A stretch of DNA of 58,980 nt, the filler included, from Sphacelaria rigidula (taxonomy: Eukaryota): assembly GCA_964200075.2 (NCBI GenBank). It is 4 parts of 4 records of this genome, joined end to end, with 100 filler letters (N's around TTAATTAATTAA, not from the genome) between each part and the next. Parts side by side here need not be neighbours in the genome. Positions count along the whole stretch, not along the records: positions 1 to 14,672 come from CAXNAA020002104.1; 3 more parts are not named here. One strand, 5' to 3'. Position numbers and translations under genes: made by a program. Of the stretch, positions 1 through 11,913 are shown piece after piece; the first letter of the stretch is position 1; each line of letters begins with the position of its first letter. The notes under the pieces are model-generated. The model ran no database searches and was not told where the DNA came from. It worked only from the letters and a program-made list of their open reading frames with translations.

Positions 1-73
1 ACCCAACGCATCGGGAATCGAACCCCGTTCTCTTCACCCTAATGGCGAAATTCGGACCATTACACCACCGGGG
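1..73 (-). mobile_element. tRNA-like head of SINE-like family 2, cut by contig end
   Basis: Minus strand reads CCCCGGTGGTGTAATGG...GGTTCGATTCCCGATGCGTTGGGT; the same segment occurs at 56113-56185. Confidence 0.65.
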
Positions 74-109
74 CGCGGCGGCTCTAAAAGCAAGTCAACC
101 GGCTCTCGA

Positions 110-740
110 CAGAAAAACGCGATTTCACCGCTCAATTTCAAGTCGTTTTCCATTAAGTTTTGACACGATGTACATGAGGTATGTGTGAAGCCCCTACCGT
201 TTTCCTCTTCTTTTTTTTTTTCCCCTCGTGAGGTATTGGTGATCTAAAATTCGGAACATTTTCCCTGGTACGGAAACGCCGACAACTCCTTGAAAAAATA
301 AATGTCAAGAGGGGACAATAGGGGCTCCACAACATATCTCATGCGCATCATGTGAAAAAATCGTGGGAAAATACTTGAAATTGAACAGCATAACCGCGTT
401 TCATTTTTTCGTGACTGGTCCATCTCCACATAGGAACTGGTCTTCCACACCAACACGCGATTTAACAGCTCAATTATGGGTCGTTTTCTATGATTTTTTA
501 ACACGATGTACAGGATGTATGTGCGAATATTCCACTTTCTGTTCCCTACATTTTTTTTCTCCGTGAGTTATCGGCGACCAAACTTTTCATATCTGTTCAT
601 TTCGGAATAAAATCGTGAATAACTCCCGGAAAAAAAAAATGTAGAGGGCAGAAGAGGTAGTCTGTGTACATACGTCCTGCACATTGTGTCAAAACTCCGT
701 AGAAAATGACCCAAAATTAAGCTGTTTAATCGCGTGTTCA
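110..740. repeat. Two adjacent diverged copies of a ~290-bp inverted-repeat element
   Basis: 115-400 and 455-740 align; each has ACGCGATT...GCGT inverted ends. Confidence 0.6.
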
Positions 741-1196
741 CATCCCTGTCCGCGTCTTGGGCGGCCCAGCCTGTACGTTTTATTTTTATTTTTTATCTCG
801 CCTTCGCATTTCTTTCAGTTCTTTCACCTCGGGTCGGTCTTGCGCGGTCTGACGCCCAAGAAGTTGAAGAATTGAACGGGCTTACCTTACACTCGTCACA
901 TCGTTGTGATCCTTTCCACGGTGGGTCATACACACGCCCACTCTGGAGGTGCAGAGTACAGCATCGCGACAATCGTTCTTGCTTCCTGTTTAAGACCTCT
1001 CGGGTCGATCGGGTGCGTCTTCTGCTGTGTGGCCTGCGATTCGGGGGAGTACCGCGATGTTCAACTTTGGATTCACGTCGTCCGACATGACGTGGAAAAC
1101 AACCGCTGTCATGCATGATAATGAGTCCCCCCCCCCCCCGTTACCTGCCCGCGCCGCGCCCTGTCTCGTTTTTCCCGCGAATTCGACTACGCGCAG

Positions 1197-1350
1197 CCAG
1201 CGACTCCGTTACGATCCGTCAGCATGCCACCCGAGGTCGAGACGGAACTCTATCAACACTGCGTGTGGCTGTGCGAGAATGGGTACCCCGTGAGCTGGGA
1301 CAACATTAAGGGGGTAGCGTGGCAACTGGGGAAGATATGTGGCATGCAGG
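1197..1350 (+). CDS. Internal exon of a 5'-partial gene, join(<1197..1350,2300..2394,3079..5190): CENP-B/Tc5-type HTH protein with long low-complexity tail
   Basis: Pyrimidine tract + CAG acceptor and G|GTGAGT donor. Translates PATPLRSVSMPPEVETELYQHCVWLCENGYPVSWDNIKGVAWQLGKICGMQ, resembling the first helices of the HTH CENP-B-type domain. Its phase 1 end fits the next exon. Absent from the ORF track. Confidence 0.8.
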
Positions 1351-2299
1351 GTGAGTAACGGTACCGACATTTTTATTTTGCACTTTTCAACTTTCGTTTC
1401 TTGGCTGCTTCTGTCACTCTACGCCTCTTGGTGATTGACACTTCGTGTCATGTTCAGCTTTCTAGCTCCTGAAATTAAGCAGGACACAGTTGTCCAACCC
1501 CCAATAAGAAGTATTGGCTGGCCCAGCTCGTATTATGTATAAAAAAGTTATCTTTTCCCCGAAATATTGGGAAAGTGGCCCGCATCCCTGCATGAATTTT
1601 GATTTTTTGTCTACGATGTATATTATGAGCAGAATGTTTTTTCTTTTTCGCGGATGATGGCCATTCCGCACTTATTTGATTGTTTTGAAACCACTCCTTG
1701 CATCTGAAGAGTGTTGGTTGCCACTGCATTTGGCAGACCAGATATTCAGCTCGTGCGTCACTGTCGTGAATACAGTGCAGGTTTAGCCTGTGCTTCCAGA
1801 CTTTTTGGCGATGAGAAGAGCACCCAGTATGTCGCCGCAGGAATCAGAGCGAGGTATATGTACTCCGATGACTTCAAGGCATGGGGTCAACATGTGCAAA
1901 TTTTCGGGCTTTGAAATATCGCTCCTATATTTACCTCAAAACATCGACCAAGAGCTGTGCGTGGTACCAGAAGGACACGATAAGATCCAATAATTACACA
2001 GGACCAGGGTTATTTCGACCTATCTGCCTGGAATATACCGAGCAGACTGGAATGGGGTACCAACCACGTTGTTTAATCTCGCCGCGTATTTTTCACCTGT
2101 TCGGAGAAATCGATTCGAACAATATTCTGTCAACAAAAGGATCCGAACTCCTTGCTCTTATGCTCATTTCGGCTGTCTATTGTGTTTGGGTGTACCGGTT
2201 TTACAGGGCCGTGCGACTCACACCGCTGAGTTCCGTAACACTGACTTATGTCCCGTATCCTTTGGATGTGTACTCCGTTCCGCCGTGTGTGTCGCGCAG

Positions 2300-2394
2300 A
2301 GTTTGTAGCATCGAACCAATGGTTGAAGAAATTCAAGTCGAGGTTTCCCAACTTGGAAACGCGCTACAGTCACCTACTTCAAAGTAGCGATCGG
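2300..2394 (+). CDS. Exon completing the CENP-B/Tc5 HTH domain
   Basis: CGCAG acceptor and CGG|GTGAGG donor. Translates (E)FVASNQWLKKFKSRFPNLETRYSHLLQSSDR, matching the FxASxxWLxxFKxR signature. Phases agree with both neighbours. Confidence 0.8.
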
Positions 2395-3078
2395 GTGAGG
2401 AGGGCGTTTTTTTTTTTTTCTTGCTCTATCGTTGTGTTGTGTTGTGTTGTGCTTTCTTGTGTTGTGCTTTGTGGGAGACCTGGTTTGTGTCATACAGAGC
2501 TCCACCAGTCGAATCCATTAGGGGGCAGTTTAGTTCGTTCCTCGTCGTGTGTCGGCTCTTGTATGGTGTCTCTGTAGTTGGTCGCCGTAACCACCATTGA
2601 AACCGTACGGGGAGATGATGCCCTCATGAGGAAGGACCGTAAGCATGCATCAATCCTGCGGGGTTGTTCATTGCACACATGCTCCCTTCACAAACACCGC
2701 TTTCGAAATCCGTGCGCTGAAAGGACACGATAAGATGGTGCTACTGTGCTCTCTCTCAACTTTGGCATATAGCCAGTGGCTGGGGACTGCATCGCGCGCC
2801 CGTGTTTGTTCGTGTTGCATGGGCCACGCCGTTTTCTGTCAGTGCCATGTCTTGTCACGTCCCTGGGGGGCAGATCGGCAGGAAGGCACGATGATGTAGA
2901 GTGAGGTTCATCTAGACCCCGGATCAGATGGTTTCTGAATTCACACCGTGGCGTACCCTGCATTTGCGATTATTCTCCGCGATCAGTCTTGCAATCGACC
3001 CCCAGCATCCTCCCGCTTTTGTCACTACCTGACATTATTTGTATGCGTGTGTTTTCTTCTCATGTAATTGTGTCCAAG

Positions 3079-5190
3079 GGTAATTTTCAGCAATCCCCTG
3101 GTGACGGTAGCTACAAAGAAGAGTGGGGTTCGGACGACCGCAACAGTGCAGACATGAGCACGGGCTGGACGGACGCTGGGACAAGCGGGGTGGCTGTTGC
3201 CGTAGGACCCGGAGGGGCGAGCGAGAGTAGCCAGGCATCCACAGCAGGAAGCTATCTGGCCATGCAGCGAGCGAGGGTAGAACAAGAGTCGGACACTTTG
3301 CGGAAGCAACAGCAAGCGGGCATGATGCCCGATTCTTCCACCGCCAACCCTGCCGCTGCACATCACGAAGCTCGCCTTCGCACGAGCATGCTCCATCATG
3401 GCACTTTCATGGGTTTGCCGCCACATCTCCTCGGACACGCCCCATACAACGGTGGGCAGGTGCCCATGTCCCAACATTACCCGCCGGGGATGGTCGACCC
3501 CTCCGCGTTGCGCGGGGGCATGCCTCTGGGATGGTCGCACGCTGGAGCAGCGGGCATGGTGGGTTCGCACCCTAGCCACGATGAGCTACAGCAACAACAA
3601 CAACAACAGCAGCAGCAGCAGCAGCAACAACAGCAGCAGCAACAGCAGCAACAGCAACAACAGCAACAGCAGCATTTGGGTCTCGCGCTGCAACAACTGG
3701 GGCCTGCAGGGCTTAACCAGAGGCTCATGGGCATGGGTGGACAGCCTATACTAGCCGGAGCGCCGACGGGGGCAGGGGGCGCAGGGTCACCGCACCAGGG
3801 CGGATCAGGCGGCCATCCGGACGGCGCAGGGGTGCACCACCACGCTATGAATGGCCAGACTACTCGACCGCAACAACAAAGCTTGCTGCAGGCGCATTAT
3901 ACGGGCACCCCCGGGCAGGGTATGCTCATGGGCATTGGGGGCAGCGGGCACCCGCAGCAGCAAAACAAAGTGGGTGGTCTCGGGGTGATGATTTTTCCCC
4001 CGGGAGGCATGGCCGGGGGGGCGCGAATGACACCGTCAAATCAACCGGCCGGGCCCGGCGGGATGGGGATGGTGCCCTCGTGGCAGACTGCGGCTTGGCA
4101 GGAGCATCTCATGGGACCGTGGCAGCACGCCATGTCCCAAGGCCCGCAGCAACAGCAGCAACATTTGCAGGTGCAACAGCAGCAGCACCACCGGCAACAA
4201 ATGACCGCCGCCGCTGCTGCCGCTGCTGCCGCTACTGCTCAAGGTGGCCCCTGGCAAGCTTACCAACCCGGTCTTGCCGCCGAGGATGGGCAAAACGGAC
4301 TCGTACCAACCACTCTTAGCATGGGCCAGATCATGATGGGAGGACGGCCAACGAGCCTCCGGCATCCGCACGATTTTTCCCTCGGACCCGAGCCAAGCGC
4401 AGGACTAGGCCCGTTGGGTATGGGGCTCGGGTTAGCGCCGTCGTCACAACAGGCCTTGCCAGGAACACTAGGGTCGGGTACACAGCAGCAGCAACAGCAG
4501 CAGCCCCAGCAGGGATTAAGGCCAGGTTCCCCCATGGGCCAGCGACCAAGACGAGAAGACGAGGAAACGGATGCCAAACGAGCAGGTGGCGCAGAGAGAT
4601 CCCGGGGTCAGGATGATATGTCGCCCGGCGGTCAGCACCGACAGCCGTCCATGGCTGGCGTGGATGACCGAGGGGCGCCGCCGCCGCCTCAGCCACCTCC
4701 GCCGCCGCAGCAACAGCAGCAGCAGATGCCGACCTTCTTGGTTGGGATGGGCGGCGTGATGCCAAGCGGCAGCAACGGTGGTATTGGCCTCAGGCCGTCG
4801 ATGGCGTCGGCGCCCGCGCCTTACCCTCCAGCCCACCTCGGCGGGATGTCGATTAGGCCAAGTGACGAGGTTCTCATGAACGGACACGGACCCACTAATC
4901 CTGTGCCTATGTCCATAGTGGCAAGGAATGGGATAGTGGGAGAGACAGGAGGTGGCGGGGGAGGCGAGGCGATGTCTACCTCGAGAGACAGGGACACGGG
5001 TTTCCCCACGCAGTCTTCTCCACCCCTAGCCGCCGGAACTGGGGCAGGAGGGGAGGGCGCGGATAATCGCGATCGGCAAGACGATGACCGGTCTCGGCGA
5101 TGGGGCAACGGCGATGGCAGTGAGACGAGCATACAGCGCGACGGGCCGAATTCCTGTGCAGACAATGGTGGTGGTAATGGTCGAGGCTGA
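3079..5190 (+). CDS. Large terminal exon: ~700-aa Gln/Gly/Pro/Met/His-rich disordered region with polyQ tracts
   Basis: 2.1 kb stop-free GC-rich frame ending TGA at 5188-5190. In-frame phase-0 acceptors at 3079 (AAG) or 3091 (CAG). Confidence 0.85.
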   Translation, partial: GNFQQSPGDGSYKEEWGSDDRNSADMSTGWTDAGTSGVAVAVGPGGASESSQASTAGSYLAMQRARVEQESDTLRKQQQAGMMPDSSTANPAAAHHEARLRTSMLHHGTFMGLPPHLLGHAPYNGGQVPMSQHYPPGMVDPSALRGGMPLGWSHAGAAGMVGSHPSHDELQQQQQQQQQQQQQQQQQQQQQQQQQQQQHLGLALQQLGPAGLNQRLMGMGGQPILAGAPTGAGGAGSPHQGGSGGHPDGAGVHHHAMNGQTTRPQQQSLLQAHYTGTPGQGMLMGIGGSGHPQQQNKVGGLGVMIFPPGGMAGGARMTPSNQPAGPGGMGMVPSWQTAAWQEHLMGPWQHAMSQGPQQQQQHLQVQQQQHHRQQMTAAAAAAAAATAQGGPWQAYQPGLAAEDGQNGLVPTTLSMGQIMMGGRPTSLRHPHDFSLGPEPSAGLGPLGMGLGLAPSSQQALPGTLGSGTQQQQQQQPQQGLRPGSPMGQRPRREDEETDAKRAGGAERSRGQDDMSPGGQHRQPSMAGVDDRGAPPPPQPPPPPQQQQQQMPTFLVGMGGVMPSGSNGGIGLRPSMASAPAPYPPAHLGGMSIRPSDEVLMNGHGPTNPVPMSIVARNGIVGETGGGGGGEAMSTSRDRDTGFPTQSSPPLAAGTGAGGEGADNRDRQDDDRSRRWGNGDGSETSIQRDGPNSCADNGGGNGRG
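3589..3672 (+). repeat. Coding CAG/CAA tract encoding 28 Gln
   Basis: 84 nt of mixed CAG/CAA codons in frame. Confidence 0.95.
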
Positions 5191-8100
5191 CGGTGATGGC
5201 AATATCGGTGGTGATGGTGAGCGGGAGCATGGGGCATTGCAATGTGGAAGGTATTCGCCCCAGGCGTCATGCGTGTTATTCTGCCACTTGGTAACTGTGC
5301 TCTCTTGCGTGTAAGTTCGCCCTTATGGCTGCGTTTTGAGCTATTTTGGTACGCTCTTGTATGTGAGCTGAGCACGTCTGCTGCGGTATGTTGTGTTGGG
5401 GGGTCGGGACGTTTGTCCCTCGTATTGGTTGCTTATTTTGGTGGCCTCCGGAAGCGTTGTTGACATTAGAGGGCGCCGTGACTACGTAAGCACGTAGCGG
5501 TGAAAGATTTGCCTTGCACCGTAGCGGTCCGAGGGTTTTGCACGTGTTGCGTGCGCTTCTTTCTCTCGGAAGTTTATTGGCAGGATGGCTGCGTTTCTCC
5601 ATGGGAAGAGCATGAGACGTACGTGTGTGTGCATGTGATTGTGTATGTTCAGTGTTGGATTATTTTCACTGCGCGGGTGGAAGGCTTTGTTCACCCTCTG
5701 TGGGGGTGAAGGGCGTCACACCCAGCAGCTGCACTGTAAATCCGTATGCTTGTCTGGGGGGACCGGACCCCGGAAGCATGAATTGTATAGTAGAAGTGAT
5801 CGTTTTGGCGCACGCAGAAAAAAGCGCAGGACAGGCGCGCGCGCGGGGGGGGTATATTGACACGGACACGCACGTACATGGCGCACCTGTAGATGACACG
5901 GAAAACGACAAAAACGTTCGTTTTGGCCGTTGGGTGATTGATGTGGTATACGGTAATACGGGGATTGGGGTGGGAAAACTGTTCTGATTTTGTTTCATGA
6001 TTAGGTGTGATTTTTGCGTTTGCTTCTTGGGTAGACGATTGGGTGCTACGAAGACTGACTTGCGTCTTGATGTGGAGCTTTCGGCAATAAAGTGTACTAT
6101 ATTGCGTGGGTTCGACTGCTGCTCATAGACTGTCAGCGTCGGCGTGATGAAGTCGGTGGCCAGCCGGGTTGCGTTGGTGCGGCTCTTCCATTATTCTGCG
6201 CGTTGATTTCGGCGTGGAGGGTTGTACACGAGATTGCTCCCGCGTGGGGGTCGTAACTCTTCGGGCGGTGTCGCCGATTGTCGCCAATGCGAGTAGGGGT
6301 TGGCGTGAGCGCGAGGCAATGGAAGACGCGGCCGTCCGGCGGTATTTCTTTCTGGGTTTTTGGATTAGTTGTTACTGTTGCTCGTGTCGTAGGGTGAGCA
6401 CATTACCGCCGTCATTTCTCTGCATTGACGTGGACCTTTTAGTTTATTGTTTCTTTCGTGTGGTTATTTATATGTTGGTACATATTTTGTGTATCTTACG
6501 ACTGATGACGAGCTCAGTGTACGATAGTACGATATTACTTGACTGACTGCAAGGGAGAAGCGAGGTGCACGAAGTCACGTTGTCGTGAAGTTGTTTTTTA
6601 TCGTCTAACAGTCTACAGCAGGCGTACGCCGGCGTGCATGCATTGTACATGCGTGCCCTTGCCTCTTCCCCCCCCTTGTGCTCCTTTTTCATCTCTTTCT
6701 TTTGGCTTTCTCTAGATTTTCGGCTTCTGCTTTCGCGTGCTGCCGGAGGTCGGGATTGCGTCCGGTCGGCTTCTCCCGTCTTTTTTCAGGCGTATGTTTT
6801 TTTTTTTTTTACATGTCGTCTTGAAGGGAGAGAGGTGCACGTCGGGTCCGAAGCGCAAATGATTTCTGTTTTGTATAACGTGTTGAGCGCTGTACGCCCC
6901 GAGGTCGCACCGAAGGGAAGGTGGTGACAGCAGTTGGCGGAGAGGCGGGAGGACGGGAAAGGGCTGGGGCTCCTCGTAGTACAGGAGGGGAGAGTTTGGG
7001 TTGTGAGCTGCGATGTGATGAAACCGCGTGTCACCTACATCGACCGATTTAGTCATTTTTTACGATACAGAGTATTATTCATCACACACAGCAATAATAG
7101 TGTGTTCTATCGTTTGTCATGAAGGAGGAAGTGCGCACGGTAATGGACCAGCCGTACGACTGATGTGGTGATGCATGCGTTTCGATTTGTTTGCTTGTTG
7201 TGGTACCCTTTAGTTGGGGGTGATTGGGTGAGTGGGTGAGTGATTTCGTGGGTTGATTTGGTGTATCTTTTGCTGTTTCTTGTCGTTTTTTTGTTGGGAA
7301 GGGTTTTCCTGCTGGCATGCGTGCGTGCGTGTGTCCGTGTATTGTTATAGAAATAAAGAAACGCGCGCGTGCTTGGCGTATGTGTATGGCAACTGCTCCG
7401 TCGTTTCAGGGCCACTTCACGCTTCTTGCCTTCACGGAGCTTTATCGCTCCCACTTCGTACTCCCATCACAAGTCGGGTCAGAAGCGTATTTAGCCTGTG
7501 CTGTATAGGTGTAACTCCTGCGCAGTGCTACATGCGATCCCCAGTGGATGCGAGGGACGGAGAATGCTTACGGTGGGAGGAACACTACTCGAGGTTTGCG
7601 GCCTTTTCAGGGCATGGGTGTATGCATGTTCTGGACGACTGTTTAGCGGGGAAAACAGGAGCAGGGGTGGGGAGAAGGGGGAGGGGGAGGGAGGGGGGGG
7701 GGGGGGGTAGCTAGCCCGTCTTATCACCATGCAGCGTGTGGTTCGGACGCATGTACATGCGGTGACGGCCGGAGTATTGTATAATACTGTTTTTGTTTTT
7801 TGGGGGCGTTCGTGTATGATGGAGTTTGGCGCCCGATCAATGAATTAACGCCAATTGATTCAATCATCAGTCGTTTCATAATTGCCTTCGCCGACAGCGC
7901 AGCACATGGCCGTGGGTGGTAGCGGAGGGAAAGGGGGGGGGTGAGGAGATGGGGGAAGGGGCATAGTAGGTTTCGGATAGATATACCCTTGTCTTCGCCC
8001 GTGTCCGTTACGTCGGCGGGTTGTAAGTTAGGAGAGATGCGACGCTACGCACGTTTTACGTATGTCTCGTTCCTTTTCTCTCTTCTCCCCGTTTTCTCGT

Positions 8101-8376
8101 TTACTCCCCACCGCTTTTCGCTTTTCGCAAGCGAAGTGCTGCCTGAATTTGTTTCGGTAGTGCGAGAGGTGGCGTGGGCGGGAGAAGATGGCCTCATGTC
8201 AAAAGTATCGTGGATGTGTGTCGGGGGAAGCAAGTCTCGGAGGCGGGGGGGGGGGGGGGGGGAAAAGGAAAGGGGTTGGGGGTTGGGGAGGGGAAAGGGG
8301 GGCTTTTATACCATGTTTGGTGAAAAGGGGTTGNNNNNNNNNNGACGCCATCTAGTTGACTGGAGAGGGGGGGGGT

Positions 8377-8423
<47 letters not shown>

Positions 8424-9709
8424 AATACGTAAGGTGTTGGTTGTTGGTGAAGTGAATGGTCTGCTTTCATACCATGATTCGTGAACAGGGTCTGACGATG
8501 TGCCTGCACCGTTCGTACATTGGTTGCGTCATTGATGGGCGATCGATTGGTACTGTAGGTTGGGCCGCAGGGAAGCGGAACGTTGTTAAAACATACATTT
8601 TAATATTTTTACACCTGTCTGATTTTATGCTTTATCTTGGATCAAATGGCTGACGGTAATGGCATCGTGATTTCACACGAGAAAGAAGACACGAGAGTAA
8701 CTGTAGTCGCGGTGAAAACTGACATTCGAGAGTCTTGTTCCAAAAATAAAAGAAGTTTTCTTCTTGTGTCCCGGGGTCGTTCCCACCCCGAAAATCGTTC
8801 CCGAATCGAAGACGCTTACTCTGTGTGTGCAAAACAGGGGACAAGCGTTCTTTCCATTCGTGTTTGTTTTCTGGTATGAGAAAATGCTCCTAATGGCGCA
8901 CCCCCGGGAAGGAGAGTATGATACCCCCGCCACGAAGTCTTCCTTAGTAGTTCGCCTTCCCGGGTAGCGCTTCCACTTAAACAGCTGAAGTAGTTGGAGA
9001 CTGAGGGTCGGAGTTACTCTAAGGTGTTTAACTTCCAGGTATTGTGCGGGCGTTGCTCTCCTTGAATCAACGTTGTATTGCCATTTTTGCGTTTGAAAGG
9101 TTGGATTTTCGCCGTCGAGAAAACCTGGATCTGATATTTTAGCCGGGTGATGAGCTTCTGAAAAATTGTTGCGAAGCTCGATCCCCCCCCCCCCCGCCGC
9201 CGCCAAAAAGAAAAGAAAAAACATGTATTGTGTGCATCTAGGAGTCTGGGGACATTTTTGTAGCTTATTTTCTTGTCGCCCAGTATATTGTGTCTTGTTT
9301 TCCCCCGAACTAACAGCCGTTTCGTGAAACCGTTGACGACCGTTGTTTTTTGTTTCAAGTTGTTTTCTGGTGACAGTCCCGTGAGTTTTTTTTCCTTTTG
9401 ATGGTTTTTGTAGGCGTTGATGGGCGCCAGTTGGAGATGTAGGCGGTCGGTCAGTGAGAGATTCTCAAGCAACAACACTTATTCGCCTTCAGGCATGCAG
9501 CAGCCGTTTGCCATTGCCATGCATGTTAAAAAGGTGGCTGCGCCTTTTTTTCTGTTTTTTTCTCCTTGATGCATCGGCCAGTTGCGTCACGGTTTGCTTT
9601 TGAATCTTTGTACCTGTTCGACGGCGTGCATGTACTTCTGGTGCCATCATTGTTCGTAATGGATACGGATAGAGCTGATCTGCTTGTGAGTCACGCGGCG
9701 AGAACACTG

Positions 9710-10119
9710 ACACCTGGACAATATATGGTCAATAGATCCAGTAGACGAAGTGTACTGAATGGAATATAGGCCTATCGCAACTATTGTGGGTCAGATGCAA
9801 TAATAAAAAAATGTACATATAGATATTGTCCAGGGTGTGAAAACATCACCACTTCCGGCTAGGAATGTAATCGGCGTGTTTTTCGCTCGGAGATGGCCGG
9901 GCGGATTATCACACCACCTCAAAATGATCGGCTATTCTAATATCCCAGAGGACTCCGGCGCACTACAGGGACTTTTCACAGCCTGGAAATGACAACAGAT
10001 TGCATTGTCGAAAATTGTACTGCATACAGTATCGACTGTTGCGTCTATTGCCATAGACGGCAGATTCCATAGCTTACGCAGTACACTTTTTGACAACATG
10101 ATCTGTTCTTCAGGGTGTG
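9710..10119. repeat. Two ~130-140 bp hairpin MITE-like copies (CACACCCTGGA.../...CAGGGTGTG family)
   Basis: Copies at 9710-9838 and 9977-10119; relatives near 12460, 13065-13153, 20981-21120 and 48335-48494. Confidence 0.65.
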
Positions 10120-10867
10120 GACTTTAGTGCACGCGGTACGCAGTTTGACTGATGGGAGCGGAAACTTCGCACGTATACAAATCATTAAATCCCTTCCTTC
10201 GAGCTGTCGTTGAGGGTTTCCCCCCTCATTTTCACCAGTTTTCAAAGTTTTGTACCGCGTGGGGAAGGCGTTTTCCCTTCCCGACCCGGAGTTGCCACAT
10301 GCGGCCATTTGGCTACCCCCCAAAATGCCTCCGGAGGAATGAGCGGCTCCCAGAGGCAAAACAATCCTCCGGAGGCTTTCAATCCCTCTGGAGGAAACCA
10401 AACACTATCGACCTGGAGGGCCGCGCACCCCCCCGGAGGAATTTTGGGGGTATGCATCGCCCTCCAGAGGCGAAACAAGCCTCCGGAGGCGATTAATCCC
10501 CCTGGAGAAAACCGAAGAATCTCTCCTGGAGGGCCACGCACCCCTACCGAGGCGTTGAATTCCTCTGGAGGCTCGAAAAGTTTATCCACCTGGAGGAATT
10601 TTGGGGATAGCCAAATGGCCGGGGGTGTGAACTACGTCCATGAAAAAAGGATCGCAGCGTCTGCTGGAATCCTTTTGTAATAACAGCAGAACTCTTCAGT
10701 CGTTCCCACGTAATTGGCATACTTCGCCTGGTCGTAGAGCCCTCCTTTCTTTCATGAGTCACGGGCTTTGTTGTGAACAATAATGCATATCACATTTTGC
10801 CCCTAACTCATGAAGAAAAAAAAAACATATCTCAAGGTGGCGCATGTAACGAACATGCAAGGGTCGA

Positions 10868-11070
10868 GTGTGTGTTGTCATCCGGTTCGATATTCTGGGC
10901 ACCAGTCTATACCTTCCGGTATATGTAGACAAATTGACAGGAAACAAACAGGAGGAAGGACAATACCGGAGTTTTTTGTTGTTTTTGTAGCACTTCACAT
11001 TCCTTCTGCGGTGCTTGCCTCATTTTCATCAAGGGTTCGGTGATCCTTTTCCCTCGGCGACCGTGAAGTC
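10868..11070 (-). mobile_element. SINE-like family 1, degenerate 3' fragment
   Basis: Tail and body motifs match with an internal rearrangement. Confidence 0.6.
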
Positions 11071-11592
11071 TCACATGCATTTTTTTGCCCTTGCGATGCT
11101 TTATGCCTATTTCAAAGAATATTTCTCAAATCTCAAGTGAGAAGTCCAGATTTATCGTGGTGCATGATCCGCTTTTAGGCTGGCCTAGCCGAGGCCTACT
11201 GTAGCTCGTACTGTGTCCGTCAACTATCGAGATGCGTCTAAAAAGTTTCCTGTCGATACATTTCTGACCCGCAGTCAGAAATCAGCAGATCCTACGAAAA
11301 TACATGATCATGAGCATGCCATAAACACAACTTGATATCATACAAGTGTACCCATGTCAGAGCCTCTCTTCAGTCTGAATTGTTTTGACATGTACTCTGT
11401 AGTTCGATCGGCGGAAGATAACCCCCACGACTTGGATAAATATATAGATCGAAGATCGAAACGCTTGCATCATGGATCATGACATCGATATTGCGGTTCA
11501 CCGCAAAACCTACCTCACACCAGTTGCTCCGTATCTGTTGATACACATTTGTACAACTGTTTGTGGGGCCGAACCTACCAACCGCAGCACCC

Positions 11593-11913
11593 ATGTCCTC
11601 GATGGCTGCCTCAAAGATTTCCGCCCTTACGTATCTTCCCTTTTTAGCCCTCGTTATTGCAGCGCATTCGGCTGTCGGCTTTTTTTTACCACCGGCACAT
11701 GTATCAAAGGCACCCACAACGGGGGTAACCAGGGCTGCAACAGCGGGCTTCTTGCCAAGGGGAGGGTTGGCATGTTCTGCACCTCCAGCAGCAGCGGCGG
11801 CGATGCGCAGCAATCACCGATGTCATCTCCACAGGAGTAGTACTGGTCTCTCCATGGAGGTGGATGCGAACGTGCTGAGGCTTCAGGCGGCGGAACTTGG
11901 CCACAGACTGAAG
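11593..11913 (+). CDS. First exon of an unidentified, probably plastid-targeted protein (3'-partial)
   Basis: MSSMAASKISALTYLPFLALVIAAHSAVG-FFLPP gives a signal peptide with Phe at +1. A Ser/Thr/Ala/Arg-rich, acid-free transit-like stretch follows up to LSM-EVD. Ends at an AAG|GTGTGT donor. Confidence 0.65.

Noticed and set aside
793-1116. Minus-strand ORF with RCDECKV, reminiscent of a transposase Cys-rich tail
   Set aside because: Too short and incomplete, and it lies in an intron of the + strand gene.
3477-3734. Minus-strand poly-Cys ORF and other antisense ORFs over the large exons
   Set aside because: Antisense shadows of polyQ and GC-rich coding sequence.
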